A DNA stretch of 64,000 bases from Marsupella aquatica. Taxonomy: Eukaryota > Plantae > Marchantiophyta. Under the pieces are notes generated by a model, which worked only from the letters and a program-made list of their open reading frames with translations, searched no databases and was not told where the DNA came from. Shown here one piece after another: positions 48,724 to 62,105 of this stretch. A program made the position numbers and the translations under genes. The stretch is from positions 11,148,184-11,212,183 of the forward strand of contig OZ316895.1 in the NCBI GenBank assembly GCA_973895155.1, read 5' to 3'. Within the stretch, counting starts at the first letter, position 1; each line of letters starts with the position of its first letter.

Positions 48724-51700
48724 GGACACTTACAAACAATTAAGGATGGAGTTTGTTGATTGGCAACTCTTTCAAGTTGATTGTCATGGAGAAGAGAAAG
48801 AGTTCATCTCTCCTATATCTTTGAAGGATGGTCCTACAGTTGGGCAATTGAGTAGCATCCCATCATATCTTGAAGGCATGAACCTTTCAGATTTTGAGTT
48901 TGATTTTTGGAATGAGAAATTGAAGAGACCTTTCAATCAAAAGTGAGAGAAAGCAAACATACTATCTGGTTCAGAGATCATCATTTTTTCACTTCAACAT
49001 ACAGAGAACTCCCCAAAGAGAGCTCGACTAGAATCTCAACCAAATTCTAGTGGACCTTCGATGGAAGACTTATTCTTAGAGGTACCAATGCAGATGGATG
49101 ATGATTTACAAGATTACGGGATTGAAGATACTTTTGGAGATGACAATGCCTCTACTCCTATAACAAATCCAGTGATAGTTAAGGTCCCAACTACTCTTGA
49201 TCGCACTATTCCTCCAGAGTTGGGAGGTCCTCCAAGGATGAGAAGTAAGATCATGATGGATGATCAAAAAGCCAATTGGGAGAGGGCAACTCGTGGGATT
49301 GTTGACAAGCTTGAGATAGATGGAAAGGGTGACCATCTCTGGTGGGTTGAAACATGGGATGAGGAAGACCATGCAATTGCAAAGATATGGTGCCAAGAAT
49401 GTGAAAAATGGATTGGCATAGGGAAGGTTGATCAGTACTCTAACACTGCATCAAATTTTTGGAAGCAACATATTACAACCAAGTTACATCGGGCCGAGTA
49501 TGATCGCAAACGCAGACAAAAGAAGAGTGCCCAAGAGGTAGAAGAGAGAGCTGATGTTGTGGCTTTGGCAATTGCCCATTCAAGAAAAAATTTGTTGGAT
49601 AATGTGAAGTTGATACAAGATGCAAATCTTGAGGAAGGGGTTGAGGTTTTTGTCATTGATGGTGATTTGGAGAATGAGAAGGTGTCTGGGCGAGACTATA
49701 AGTGGAGGTGCAACATTTGTCATTCAACATGCTTGCTTTGTCCAAAGACAAATAATCTTGCTTCCACATTGGACCAGCATATGAAGGGGATTCGTCTTGT
49801 CAAAAGAAAGAAAGAAATTCATGATGCCAAAATTGCCAAGACTTCACTCAACTCCAAAGCTCTAAGGCGCCCTGGTTGGCAATCAAAAGCAATAGGCCGG
49901 AAGCAACCGGGAATCAAAGCCTTTTTTATGACGGATTCCAGTAGACCAAGTGGTGGGAGCTCAAGCACAGGTACAATCGATGCATCAATGTTGTGTTGGG
50001 GTATTTGGCGCCAGAGTGTCATTATAAAGAATGAAGGATGTGACTCTAAACCCATTTTGCTAGACCAGAAGAAAGGGGTTACATGGTATTCAGAACCACA
50101 TACCCCGCCACATACTCAAGCAGTGCTTCATTTTGAATCAAGCACAAAGATGGTTGATGGTTGTTTTAGACATGTCAATTGCAAGCGTGTGAACACAAGT
50201 GGATTCAGCTTCTCAGACTTCACTTGTGATGTGTGTCAAACTATACCTCGGGAAAAAGATTGGCGGGGCCGAGTTTTGAGAAACCATGTGGCTCATGAGA
50301 AACGTGGTGGCCGAGACACAGGGCTAGGTAGGCGGTTGGAGTTCTTGACAACAGTGGAGTTATCAAGTGAAAGAAAAAAATAGAGTTTATAGAAATCTTA
50401 GAAAAGAGAATTGGATGTTGAAAGTAAAATTGATGAGGTGCAAGGCAGAGAAAAAGAGTTTTGTAGGGATACAAACAGAATCAGCAAATCGGGCGGATGT
50501 GACATTGTTTTGTCGACGCATTATCAATTCATGGAGGGATGGCTTATGGGGAGGGAAGGAGGCTTTGTGGGACTTTATGTCTGATGTTGCACAAAATCTA
50601 CCTCAAAAAAAGCAAGGCATACGTTTTTCAAGAAATACCAAAATTATGTGGGAGGTGGTGAAGTTAAGGGCTGGGCCAGCCATTTCCAATTTCCTGACTC
50701 ATAACCTTGCTGGCCCAAGTATTTCCACAACCAAACGTGATAGTAAGAGGGGGTTCCAGTATGTAGCTGGCGAGAGTAGTAATCAATTTAAACATCTTGC
50801 TGAGACGTATGCACAACTAAAATTGAAGTTGGGGATCCATGGACCAGTTCCCGTTATTATTGCAGAAGATGAGACATCAATTTGGAAAATGATAAGGTAA
50901 GCAATCATGACATTACAACTTAATATTTACATTGGCATGACACTTTCCTCCATTTTCCAATTGTATTGCAAGATTATAAATCATTGATTGGAATATTGTG
51001 GTACTTTATGTAGGTGGGTCAGCACCAATGACACTTTAATGGGATTTTGTGGCACATCAAAATGTCATAAATGTATTCATGATTTTAAAGTACTGGTCGG
51101 TTATGGTGAGACAGGATATAACAAAATAAATGATTCATTTAAAAATGGAGTGAAAGCAAACTACGCCCGTGTTTTGATGGCCAATCCCATGCATATGTCA
51201 CTTCTGCCATTCCTATTAGTTGATATGGGAAGTTGTAATACACTTACAGCACAAGATATTCGTGCACAGTGGAGCAGAGTAGAGAAATTGTGGAGTGAAA
51301 ATTGTTTAGATTTAGTTGGTCCTATAATTGGACATGCTTCAGATGGAGATAGTAGACGGCGATCTGAACAATTGGCGGATTACTACAATTGGCGGATTAC
51401 TACAGAAGGGACCCAAATCCTTCAAGAGAATTTCGCATTGATTGGGAAGGTTTTAAGCTTGGAGCCATCATGGAAGATTCAACAGGTATGGTCAATGGAT
51501 TACATGACCAAGATTGGATTCACAACGTGAAAAAATTGATTTCACCATTAGACAGCACTTGTCGTGTATTGTGGTTGGGTTCTTATTTGGTGCGAATGGA
51601 GCACATTCAAAAACTATTCAACAACAAAAAGATTGATTCTACTGGTTTGAATCAAGGAGACGTTGAGAGAACAGATCGCCAAAACTTTGAAAGTGCCCAA

Positions 51701-53383
51701 AAGTTGTGTAGCAGAAAGGTTTCAACTGGCCTTGCTCAAATGAGGAATGAGAGCCATCCAGAAAGGACCCAAGGTACAGAGTTGTATCTAGAGATTGTAG
51801 CTAATTACATAGATATTTTTGCCTCTCCTATTGACTCCATTCAAGACAGGATAGTGAAGGCATCTAAGGTGATGTGGTTTCTGAAGCTATGGAAACTTTA
51901 TATTGAACATGGAGAGCATGGGACCAGTACTCCAACTCTATCAGTTGACTTCATTAGCAACCAATGTTTTATTGATGTTGTTATGTCATGTCACTTTGCG
52001 GTGTTGTTGGTGAAGCTCTTCAAGGACAAGTACCCGTCAATGCCAATACCTTTCTCACGAACAGGTAGCGATGTATGTGAGATCTTCTTTTCAAAAGTTG
52101 GCGGGATGTCTGGTGTGGAGTGAGCATATGATTTTGGGGATCTAATGCGAGCAACCGGTTCTTTGAATCGACTAGCTGAAATTGAATCCATGAAGGGTGG
52201 TGTTGTCTTTCCAAGAACGCATGCAAAGATGAGAACTGTGTGGAAGGACCTTCATCCGGTGCCAATGGATAAACATGGAGTGCAAACAATACCTGCTCCT
52301 AATCTTGCTGATTTTTCTGAGATTCCAGATGATAACCACGTGATAGATGCACTTAAGGAGGGTTTGAATGAGGCACAAAAACTATTACGGGTGCTGGACA
52401 TGGCTCCATCGACTCATTGCCATGCTTCAAAGGCTCGTTGGTTTAAGCAACCATGGGATTTTGAAGAAGTTCTCCAAAAGAACTTGAGTGAGTTAGCAGT
52501 TTCAATTCCTGAAATTGGGGATAATGATGATATGGTGGTGCATAGCAATGGAGATATTTCTAAGGCATCCATGATAGAGGAAGATGATATTGAGTTGGAT
52601 CTGGAGAGTTCTGATAGTGATTTACTGAACTCAATAGCAACTAATGTTGTAGTTGAAGAGCGTCAAAATATTTTGGAGGTTCGACATATCATGCATGAGA
52701 TGCAAGATACTATGGTCCCACCTTCATTTTCTACAGTTTTAGGAAATAGAATCAACCCCCAAGTTCCCTTGCCAGGAAGGCCTAGTGAGTACATATGGAA
52801 GGCTAGGCTTGTATCTCAACTCAATGTCAATGTCTTCTTGTCAAAAGACCGACTTCAAAGAGTAAAGGCAGCGGGAAACCAATATTATAGTGAGGAGGAA
52901 TTGAATAGATTGCGTACAGATCCAAATGTGAAGACCATTGTCCCTGGACATGATATCGCTGTACTATTTGAAAGGGAAGATGGACATGGAACTAATAGTG
53001 TTATAGCTTCAGTACAAAGTCGACATGGTGGAGGTCCAAGTGATGTCAACAAAAAATCCCAAGGTGAAGCTTATTTTGAAATTGGCAGGGTTCAAATGAT
53101 CAAGAGAAAGGTGCGAGGCAAGTTTCAAAAGCAAAATGATATCCTGGATATGGAGAATCCAGGAACTGGTGAGATTTGGTTGTTAGCATTATGGTATACT
53201 TCAATTTTAGAATCCAAGAAGACCAGCAAGTGGAAGTATGATGGTCGGGATAAGCGTTGGGTTCCTTTATCTACTGTAATCCAGACAATCACCCTTGAAT
53301 TCAACATGCAACGGAAACACTATGTTTTATCGCCTCGAGAACACCAGAATTTGGTGGAATATGTAACCTTACAAAATGCATAG
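48724..53383 (+). pseudogene. P-element/THAP9-like transposase with N-terminal C2H2-type fingers
   Basis: IIAEDET, GHASDGDSRRR, QDWIHNVKKL, DRQNFESAQKL and TGSDVCEIFFSKVGG match the P-type D/D/HxxK/E layout. Intron at about 50897-51013, stops at 48944 and 52121, frameshifts near 50370 and at a 17-bp tandem duplication at 51369-51402. Confidence 0.75.
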
Positions 53384-54330
53384 TAAGGTTATTCACATGT
53401 GTAGTGCATGGACACATGAACAGGTAACTTTTTATTTTCACTAAATTCCAATTTTTAAAAAGGTTTTTGCAGTTTCACCTTTGCATTACAAAAACTAATC
53501 TTGCTTGTTTGGAGACTAACTTTATATCATGGTTGTCTTGTGACAGGGTACTCTCATGATAATTATTGGAGACAATTTATGTTCATATATGCTGCACTTA
53601 TGGTACTTAGCTCTGATCTTTCCCATATATATTTCTTTCAATTGCTATTATATATTTTGAAGATTTATGTTGACCATCATGTGTTGCATGATGAAAAAGT
53701 ACATTTAACCTTAATCATGGAAAGCTTTCTTCAAACACATTTTGCATGATTGTAAAGTCTTGGAAATAATAAATTCTCCTACCTTAAATTATGTTCATTT
53801 TGCAAGTATGTATGTGTGAGCATGGAGGGTACCAAAATCTATGTAGCCCAATTTAGAGCCCAAAGGGAAGTTATATATGCCCCTTTGGAGATTGTTGGAA
53901 GTAATGCCCAACATCTTGCGCTCATGAATAAGAGATAGGCCACCTACAGGTTGTCTAAAGGGTTGTCTAAAGGGTGTCTACATCAGTATCCTATGTTGCA
54001 AAGTCACAATCTATTGAGTCAAACCTTAGTTGCATTTTACATGTACCATTGATACATTTGTAAGTGTCTAACATTGGACGGTCGATGTCTTGTGCGGTAG
54101 ATGCGTTGGTTAAGAAACAAAATTTTGAAAGCAAAATAGGTATGTTTATCTTCCAAAATGAAAATTTTAGAAGTTAAAATACCCCTCAATATATTGCCCC
54201 CCCAAAAATAAAATAGGTATATTTCCCAAATTGTCAAGCAAAAATAGGGGTATTTTAATTAGGCTAGGATCGCACGTGGTACTAGCATATATACACTAGG
54301 TGAACCCCCCGAGCTTGCCGCCATCATGAT

Positions 54331-54802
54331 GAGGTGTTTACAAAAGACAGCAAAACAGGAAACAAGAGTTAATAACAAAATCTGGTAATAGGAAAAAAAT
54401 TGGTAATAGGAAAATGGGTGAAACTGTTTTTTGAAATTTTTTTAAAAATTTGTTTTTGAGAAAAAAAAAGTTTTTTTCGGTTGACCAGTTTTCCTTTCCC
54501 GTGCGGCTTGTCTAATCTAGTGGACGCCCCCCTCCGTAAAAATGACGCTCAAATGCACCTAATGAAAGGTGTATTTCACTTGAGAAGACACGGAACTTGC
54601 TCCAATTGATTCTTTTTTTTTGCTAGTGCCCAAAGCTAACCAAAAATGTTGCATTGTTAAATTTTTTTGAAAATGACATGTTTTAGGAGACATTTTTAAA
54701 TTGTCATTTTTCTTGGTAACAATGATTTTTTACTCGTAACAGCATATTAAAAACAGAAAAAAAAATCTTGTTTACCAGTTTCTTGTCTCCGTCGCTATAC
54801 CC
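54331..54802. mobile_element. 472-bp non-autonomous relative of the 14422-22300 element
   Basis: Left end GAGGTGTTTACAAAAGACAG versus GGGGTATTTACAAAAGACAG, right end ...TATACCC, and TSD ATCATGAT (54323-54330, 54803-54810). Confidence 0.78.
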
Positions 54803-56772
54803 ATCATGATGGCGCTGCCTAAACAACAAACCTACATTGTAAATTCTTTTTGATGAGGGCAATAATGGAGACCTCGATGATGCAATGATGCCACCAGCCT
54901 TGGATGGGGTTTTGGAAGACAATGTGAAGACAAGAATTTGCTAGGAAGCAGTTGGAAGATGGTCACACTTTGGCCGATTGTAACATTTAGAAGGAATCAA
55001 CTCTATATATTCCAATCCCATTACTTCAATTTATTGCCATATGGTTTTCCTCTTCAGTTGTAGCTGTGGCGATTCTGAATTCCTGACTATCAGTATTTCG
55101 TGAATTCTATGTCCAAAATTTCAGCACGAAGGTGAAGATATAGAAGTAGAGCAAGAAATCCAAGCAGGTTTTGCTCTGCAACTACAGTGAGATGCGTTTA
55201 AGTAAAGGTGGAGAGAGCAAGTTGGCCTAGTACATAGATTTGGATTTGAGAGAATCTCCCCTAACTGGCTATTTGTGACTATTGTTGCAGGAAACGAAGA
55301 AGCTGGTTGCAGGGGAGGGGTGGGGTTGGAGTATTTTCGTTGTTTTGCTGCTGCCTACTGCAATTCTGTTCAATTGCGAGGCAAGTTAGGCAAGTTGAGT
55401 TGAGGCAGGTGGTGAAGCCTTCGTCATTCATACCTTCGGATCTCTGGCTCAAACCTCAGAGACGTGATTGCGACCTTGTCTTACTGACACTTCCAGGATT
55501 ATCTGCAACAATAGCCTGATCCAATCGACTCCAATCCCTAAACTTTCATTTATACAGGTTCAGCCCATCCCACGGTGGACCTTATTCTTCTAGCAGCTCA
55601 TGCCAGAGTGCCAGAAGAATCGTGATGAAAACCTATTTAAATGAAAATGAATGCCATCGTCTTCCTATGCCTCTAACAAACACTAGTTCATTTCAAAGGG
55701 GTGTGATTCAGGGAATCCGTAGTTTCCAAAGATGATCTGGTCAAAACTCAAAATTGGAAGGGACTAAAATGTGACGTTCGACTAAACTAGGCAGCCGCTT
55801 CGATTGTGTAGAAGCAAAATAATGTTTACAGGTGGTCTAGAGTAGTTTTGTGGCGACTATGTCAATTTGAGGCATGAGTGTTAAAAACAACTTACATTTT
55901 TGCAGTCTTTTCTTCTGTCCCAACTGTAGTCAGTCTAGATCACTTAGGTCTGCTTTCCTTGGGATCAACCCTTCCACATGGCATCAAACAAATGGTCATT
56001 TGTAGCGCTGAGCAAGCAGGTTCTGCAGTACTACTTTTAGTTCTTTTGCATACACTTTACAGCTTTGTAATCTCTCTTCTATTTGTCTAATCCAAAGTAG
56101 GCCTTCTTCTCCTTAATAGTCGATTATAAAAATTGGAACTGCCATGAATATTTTATGAGCTTCAAATGAATGTAATCAACAATAAGTAATGATGTGCAGA
56201 GTAGTGGTTTTAATACACTCTATTGATTTAGGGTTTAGGGACAGCAGGATTTTTGATGGCTTCAAACTTCAAGTGTAATTTTTGTGGAGCTTTGGGATTT
56301 CTGGGGGGTTTGTACCATGCAAGGAAACAGGAGAAATTGCTAGCGACATGAGCTAACAGGGATATGTCATTTTTTGAATGGCATATTTAGTGCCTAGAAA
56401 AGGGCCTAAAAAGGATTTCACACAACCAAACTAAGCATTTGTCAAAACTTTCATAATGCACATGGGTTGTAAGCGAGGGCGCTAGCCTTCCATCATACAC
56501 AAAACTGATCAAAACAAGATAACCAATAAAGATTATACTCAAGTTACAAACATTTCCCACTCATCAAAATTGGCTGCCTCGACTACTTTATTGAAACTGA
56601 GAGTAAGTTCCCTAGAATGGCTAAAGAGATCAAGCTTATTTTGCTGCTTCCCATTCAGGGAACACACAAGCAGAATCAAACTTCACACTAATTTGTGGAA
56701 TGACTTTCATCTGATTCCAAATCATTCCTACTACTACTATTGATTTCCGCACTGCTAAACTCCCTATCAGTT

Positions 56773-59459
56773 TTGGCGGTCAGGGCACATGGCTTTTGGG
56801 ATCAAGGATGGAGTAATTCGCTTTATCCCAAAGAAGACAGATAAAAGAAGACTGGGAGATTGGAGAGGGCTCACGATGCTAACAACCACCTACAAGATCA
56901 TGGCAAAGCTTCTTGCCTTGAGGCTGAAGATTCATCTACCAAAAATGATTAGTCCACAACAAACAGGCTTCATACCCGGAAGGCACATATTAGAAAACAT
57001 CTCCCTTACCTGGCTTGCTAGTGACTGGATTAACCTCACACAGACTCCTTCTCTATTCCTGCAACTGGACTTCGAAAAAGCATTTGACAGGGTAGACCAC
57101 TTTTACATCTGGGAAACCATGAACTTGCTTGGAATAGGATCTCATTTCATCTTTTTAGTTCGATCTCTATTGAGCGACGGATGTTCCAAAGCGCTGGTGA
57201 ATGGTTTGTGGACAGAAGATATCAGGATGAGACGTGGTGTGAGGCAAGGATGCCCCCTCTCTCCTCTGTTGTTTGCCATCTCCACTCAACCTTTCATGGA
57301 TTTCTGTAATGCAGAGATAGCAGCTGGAAGGCTTCAGGGTCTGAGAATCAATTCATCTCTATCTATTTGCTTCAGATTATTTGCGGATGATTTAGGGATG
57401 TTTATTCCTGCCACTGCCATAGCTTTTGAACAAGCCAAAAATGCTATCCACTGCTATGAATGTGCTACTGGAGCCAAATTGAATTTGAAAAAATCAATTA
57501 TTATCCCCTTTGCTCTGGATGTGATCCCTGACTGGCTCAGAGACACTGGATGTCGAATAAGCGAAACTGCAGAGATACAGAAATATCTGGGTGCCCCCTT
57601 TGGAGTAGAAATTCTAGAGACACAACTACACAATTTCTGTCTCGATAGAATTAGTGCACGACTGTCACCCTGGTCGTCATGTTTTCTATCATTTACAGGA
57701 AGGCTACTGCTAATCAAACATGTTTTACAGGCAATTCCTATCTACCATATGATGTTTATTCGATCTTCTTAGGTATTAGCGAAGAAGTTGACAAAACTTA
57801 ATAGGACTTTCCTATGGGGAACGAATCTGCAAGGAGGGAGGAGGATCCCTCTGGTGGCGTGGGATAAGCTGACAAGACCAAAGCTGGAAGGTGGACTTGG
57901 ACTCAAGGACTTTCGGAGTCACTCTGATGCGCTTTTATGCAAATGGTTCACAGGTGCATTAGATGATCCTAGCTCTGAGTGGGCTCAAATGTACGCAGAG
58001 AATCTCAGGCTAACCAAATGGCGTAACTACAAGACGGTGAGAAGAAGCCTGTACTCTTTGAGTGACAAATTACTATTGAGCACTCCTAGGCACTTTGGGA
58101 AACTTGTTTATACAGGGAAACTTTGGAGTGCATGGGAGATGGCGAGAGAACATCTGATCTTTTGCCCAGGCGGGGGAGCGATACCTAGGCACTGGGGTTT
58201 CGAAGACTTGGTAAGGAGTATGCAGGGGTTCTATGATTTACCTGAAGAATGCCTCATGGAAATTATTAGAGCGTTTGGGAGTTTGGGGATGAGAAGAGTG
58301 GAGGATCTGTGGTCTACTAGGAATCGGAACTGGAAAGACATCTCTGGAAGACTGCATAGGATGAGAGGACTTTCCTCTATTGCCAGGACGCATTGCATTT
58401 CTTTATATAGTGTGATATGTTGCTCTACTGTTGGGGACCGGGAATCTGGTGCTGTTGCTCGACTGTGGAAATGGAATGATACTGAGATTGAAATGAGGAG
58501 ATTTACCAAAACAAATCTGAGAATGTATGAGATGCTGCGACCTAAAGGCTCTGATTGGGAAAGGCTTAATCGTATATGGATTGTGACACTGAATGAGCAG
58601 GAATGGAGCGCAGTCTGGAAGGGGTTGTGGTATTCGGACCTCTCTACGCGAGCTAAGATTTTTATATGGCGAATTATTGCTCAAGGGCTATTCTCTGGTG
58701 TTCGGGCCCTGAGAATTGGGAAATCGAATGGATGCTGCACAATGTGCACCTCTAGGATAGAAACCTTACCACACTTATTTTGGCAATGTAAGCATGCTGG
58801 CAATGTTTGGACTGAGATGAAGAGATGGATGAGAGGAGAGCTTATCAGAAACTTTACAAGTATTGTTGACCTGCTGTGCTCCATCCAGGGACGCTCACCT
58901 CTTCTATCATTGAGAGCCTTCATAATTTATCAGGTTTTGTGGCACTTGTGGAATGCTCGGAATGTACAGGTGTTCGAACTATCACCCTACCGCTCTTTTG
59001 ATCCGATGCAAATCATTTCTGAGTGCATGGATCACATCACGGCGGTGTCGGCGGGAGCTACCTCCCCCTCTTGTAGGAAACAGGAACGGCTGCAGACAGC
59101 TTTGAAGCTCCTAGAAACAGAACGTAGGGTAATTTTAAGGGCACAAGTAAGAAGAATAGTGACTGTTAGAAGCTGAAATGGACCTTCAGAGTAGATAGTG
59201 CTTTGCTGAGCAGTTCTTGGATGACAGTGCTTTGCTGAGAAGTTCTTGGATCCTGAGATTACCTTGGGGGTCACTCCCCTGCTTGAGTATGTAGTGGACA
59301 TTTAGGTGAGCTTTTGGTGGTGTGCTTTCATCTGCTTAAATTGGCCCGTGATTGGTCTACTCTGTTTTTCTTTCCCTCTGAGGACTTCTTTTGCCTGTGG
59401 GCCTGCTGATTCCCTCTCCGTGGGGTTCAAGCGGAATAAATGAAATTTATTATAAAAAA
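56773..59459 (+). mobile_element. 5'-truncated L1-type LINE
   Basis: 16-bp TSD AAACTCCCTATCAGTT (56757-56772, 59460-59475), with AATAAA and a short A tail at the 3' end. Confidence 0.93.
56789..59176 (+). pseudogene. LINE ORF2: reverse transcriptase and zf-RVT, one in-frame stop
   Basis: LDFEKAFDRV, GVRQGCPLSPLLF, LFADD, KYLGAP, GGLGL, CTMC...ETLPHLFWQC, LWNARN. The two listed ORFs are in the same frame, separated by TAG at 57770-57772. Confidence 0.93.
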
Positions 59460-59842
59460 AAACTCCCTATCAGTTGACTCAGCGGACTCGTCCACATATC
59501 TCTTCACATGACCCGCCTCAACATCTATGAAAGGAAGGCTGTACAAATTCCTCCGAGCGCCATGATCTGACCTCCGACCTTTTCCTTCCCAAGTCATAAC
59601 AAAAGTCTCATCTGCTTCAATTGCAGACTTCTCCGCATAGCAAGGTAGAGTGAACGATTTCTCAGGCAAGAAGAGAAAAGCGCCCTCAATTTCCTTTCGG
59701 AGCCAAAATCTCTCCTCCGAGAACCAATCTACACGCCGATCACTGTAAGAAGCAAAACCAGCAGCCGATTAATTCAAGGTGGAAAAAACTTAACTTAACT
59801 TTCTAAACACAGCTGGATTTGGTATGAGACAGGATAAGTACA

Positions 59843-61057
59843 TTACTCCAAGTCAAATTCATCGTAGTCATCTTTCCCATCCGGAGCAAGAACTTTCGTT
59901 CTTCCACCACTCGATCCGGCAAGAGTAAACTCGTCATCTGAATCCCCGTCCTCCAATGACTCAGTACCCATCCCGATAGTGATGTCTTCAATTTTCTTAT
60001 GGCGATCCAAAACCAACTTCAACGACTCTTGCGCAGCATCATGGAGAAATTCCCTATCCTCAACCCCAACTACAAACCTCCCGGAGAGTTCCCCCGCTCG
60101 GAATGAACTTCCATCTCCAACATTCCAATCTAGCACAATGTCTCTTGGCTTTGTTAAAAGCTCCATCACCGCCTGCATGAATCCAACAGATAATCCACAA
60201 GACCCTGCAAAAGCTAACTCAGTCCTGACATTGATTTTTGGGTAACAAAGACTGAGTAACTTCTTATGAGATGCATCCTCGGATGTTGCCATGGGGATGT
60301 ACTTTGGGTCCTTGGGATCTTCCCATCAAATTCAGTTCGACAAAACACATCCAGACTGAGATTGCAAACCTGGAAAAGCAAAAAATATGTCAAATATTGA
60401 GGCTGTGAAGGCTAGCGACCTCGCTGGCAAAAAAACACCTATAATTTAAACCAAAAACTCTTGACATCTCACCTCAACATCGATGTCTGGCATCCACATT
60501 GGGCTACTCAACAAAACGTGGTACTGACGAAGATGTTTGAATTTATTCTTCTGCTCAATGGCAGCAAAAATCTGCTTCATGTGGTTAAATTCTCCACTAT
60601 GGAGAACAGCCACATATCCATCATCGGACAGCATGGGCCTCATGACTCCGAAGAAGTAATAAGGAAGTTTCTCCATCCAAACATTCCATTCTGGCACCTT
60701 CACATCAGTAACACGAGGCCTTAGTCCTGTAGGAAGAGCAATGAACCCAAGATGGGCACTGGTACCGGTGTAAGGCTTGCCATTGATTCTTAGGGGATTC
60801 GGATGTTCTGAAGAACTCAAAATCTCACTCAGCCAGCGATCCCCCTCCCCCATCCACGAAGGTCGAACTTTCTTCAAAGCAATGGAGTCTGCTATGAAAC
60901 GTAAATTACTCTTGGCAAAGAAATGTCGATTCCCATCCAGTTGAAGTCCACATATCCTCATCACACCCTCACTAATTGACCCTTCCTCATCTTCTGAATC
61001 TGAGAGCACTTGAACTTTTCTCTTCTTCTTAAGCTTATCACCAATTGGTTTCGTCAC
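59843..61057 (-). pseudogene. Degenerate N4/N6 (beta-class) DNA methyltransferase-like gene, two exons
   Basis: LLTKPRDIVLDWNVGDGSSFRAGELSGRFVVGVED resembles the T.PGD.VLDPFxGSG...GR..IG.E region. The upstream exon has GFIALPTGL...PEWN...MLSDDGYVAVLHS at the expected motif IV position. GT-AG intron at about 60371-60472. Confidence 0.55.
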
Positions 61058-61679
61058 AATCTCAAAATCCGGAGATTCAGGTTCAATGGGATCCTGTCAC
61101 CCATGATTCAGCATGGTCTGGACACTCTCTGAACCAGCCGACCTTCTCTTTTCTGGAAAACAAAAGAGAACCAAAAACCTCAGAAAACGAGAATTTGCAA
61201 AGAAAGGACTAAACATTAGAAGTCGATGGAGAGTTAGGACGATGAGCACACTTACTTCTCCTGCCAAAAACATGACACTAGAAGAAAACAGGGCCCTTTA
61301 TGACCAATCACCCAATGACGGAGATGAATAAATGACCAAAATTTTTAATGACACAAAAAGAATGACAGGGGAATGACTGTCCACAATGACCAATGGACTG
61401 AAATGACAAAAAGTTAACTTTTGCGTCATTTTGTATAATGTCTATAATGACTGATGTGACCAAAATGACCCAATTTCCCTAAATGGTGAATTTAGACACA
61501 TGTCTTAAATGACGCAATTAATAACAACAATGATAAATCAGTGTTTAACAACATTATAGTCACTCTGGACAATGATTGAAATGACCAAAAATCTATTTGA
61601 GTCATTTTGGACAACGGTGATAAATGACAAAAAATGTATTACCGTCATTTTAACCAACAGGGTTAAATGACAAAATATA

Positions 61680-62105
61680 GGGTCAATCTGAAAATGAGAA
61701 TATATCAATGTTTACAACAACATATTGTCATTATGGACTTCTCCCATAAATGACTAACTCTAGAGTCAATCTTGAAATTAGGACATATCAGTGTTTACAA
61801 GAACATACCGTCATTATGGACTTCTCTCATAAATGACTAACTCTAGGCTAGGGTCAATCTTGAAATTAGGACATATCAGTGTTTACAAGAACATACCATC
61901 ATTATGGACTTCTCTCATAAATGACTAACTCTAGAGTCAAACTTGAAATTAGGATATATCGGTGTTTACAATAATATACTGTCATTATGGACTTGTTGCA
62001 TAAATGACTAAATATAGGGTCAATCTAAAAATCATGATATATCAATATTTACAATAACATACAGTCATTATGGACTTATTGCATAAATGACTACTTATAG
62101 AGTCA
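61680..62105. repeat. Tandem repeat, about 83-bp unit, about 5 copies, inside a field of AATGAC/GTCATT motifs (61300-62715)
   Basis: GTCAATCTTGAAATTAGGACATATCAGTGTTTACAAGAACATACCGTCATTATGGACTTCTCTCATAAATGACTAA units. Confidence 0.82.

Larger units (their letters stand above)
44284..54313 (+). mobile_element. 10-kb P-element-like DNA transposon with cargo gene
   Basis: 8-bp TSD CTTGCCGC (44276-44283, 54314-54321). Bipartite TIR: CTCGGGGGGT plus internal ACCACGTGCGATCC on both ends. Contains a transposase. Confidence 0.9.

Noticed and set aside
56226-56240. TTTAGGG telomere-like motif
   Set aside because: Only two units, which is expected by chance.
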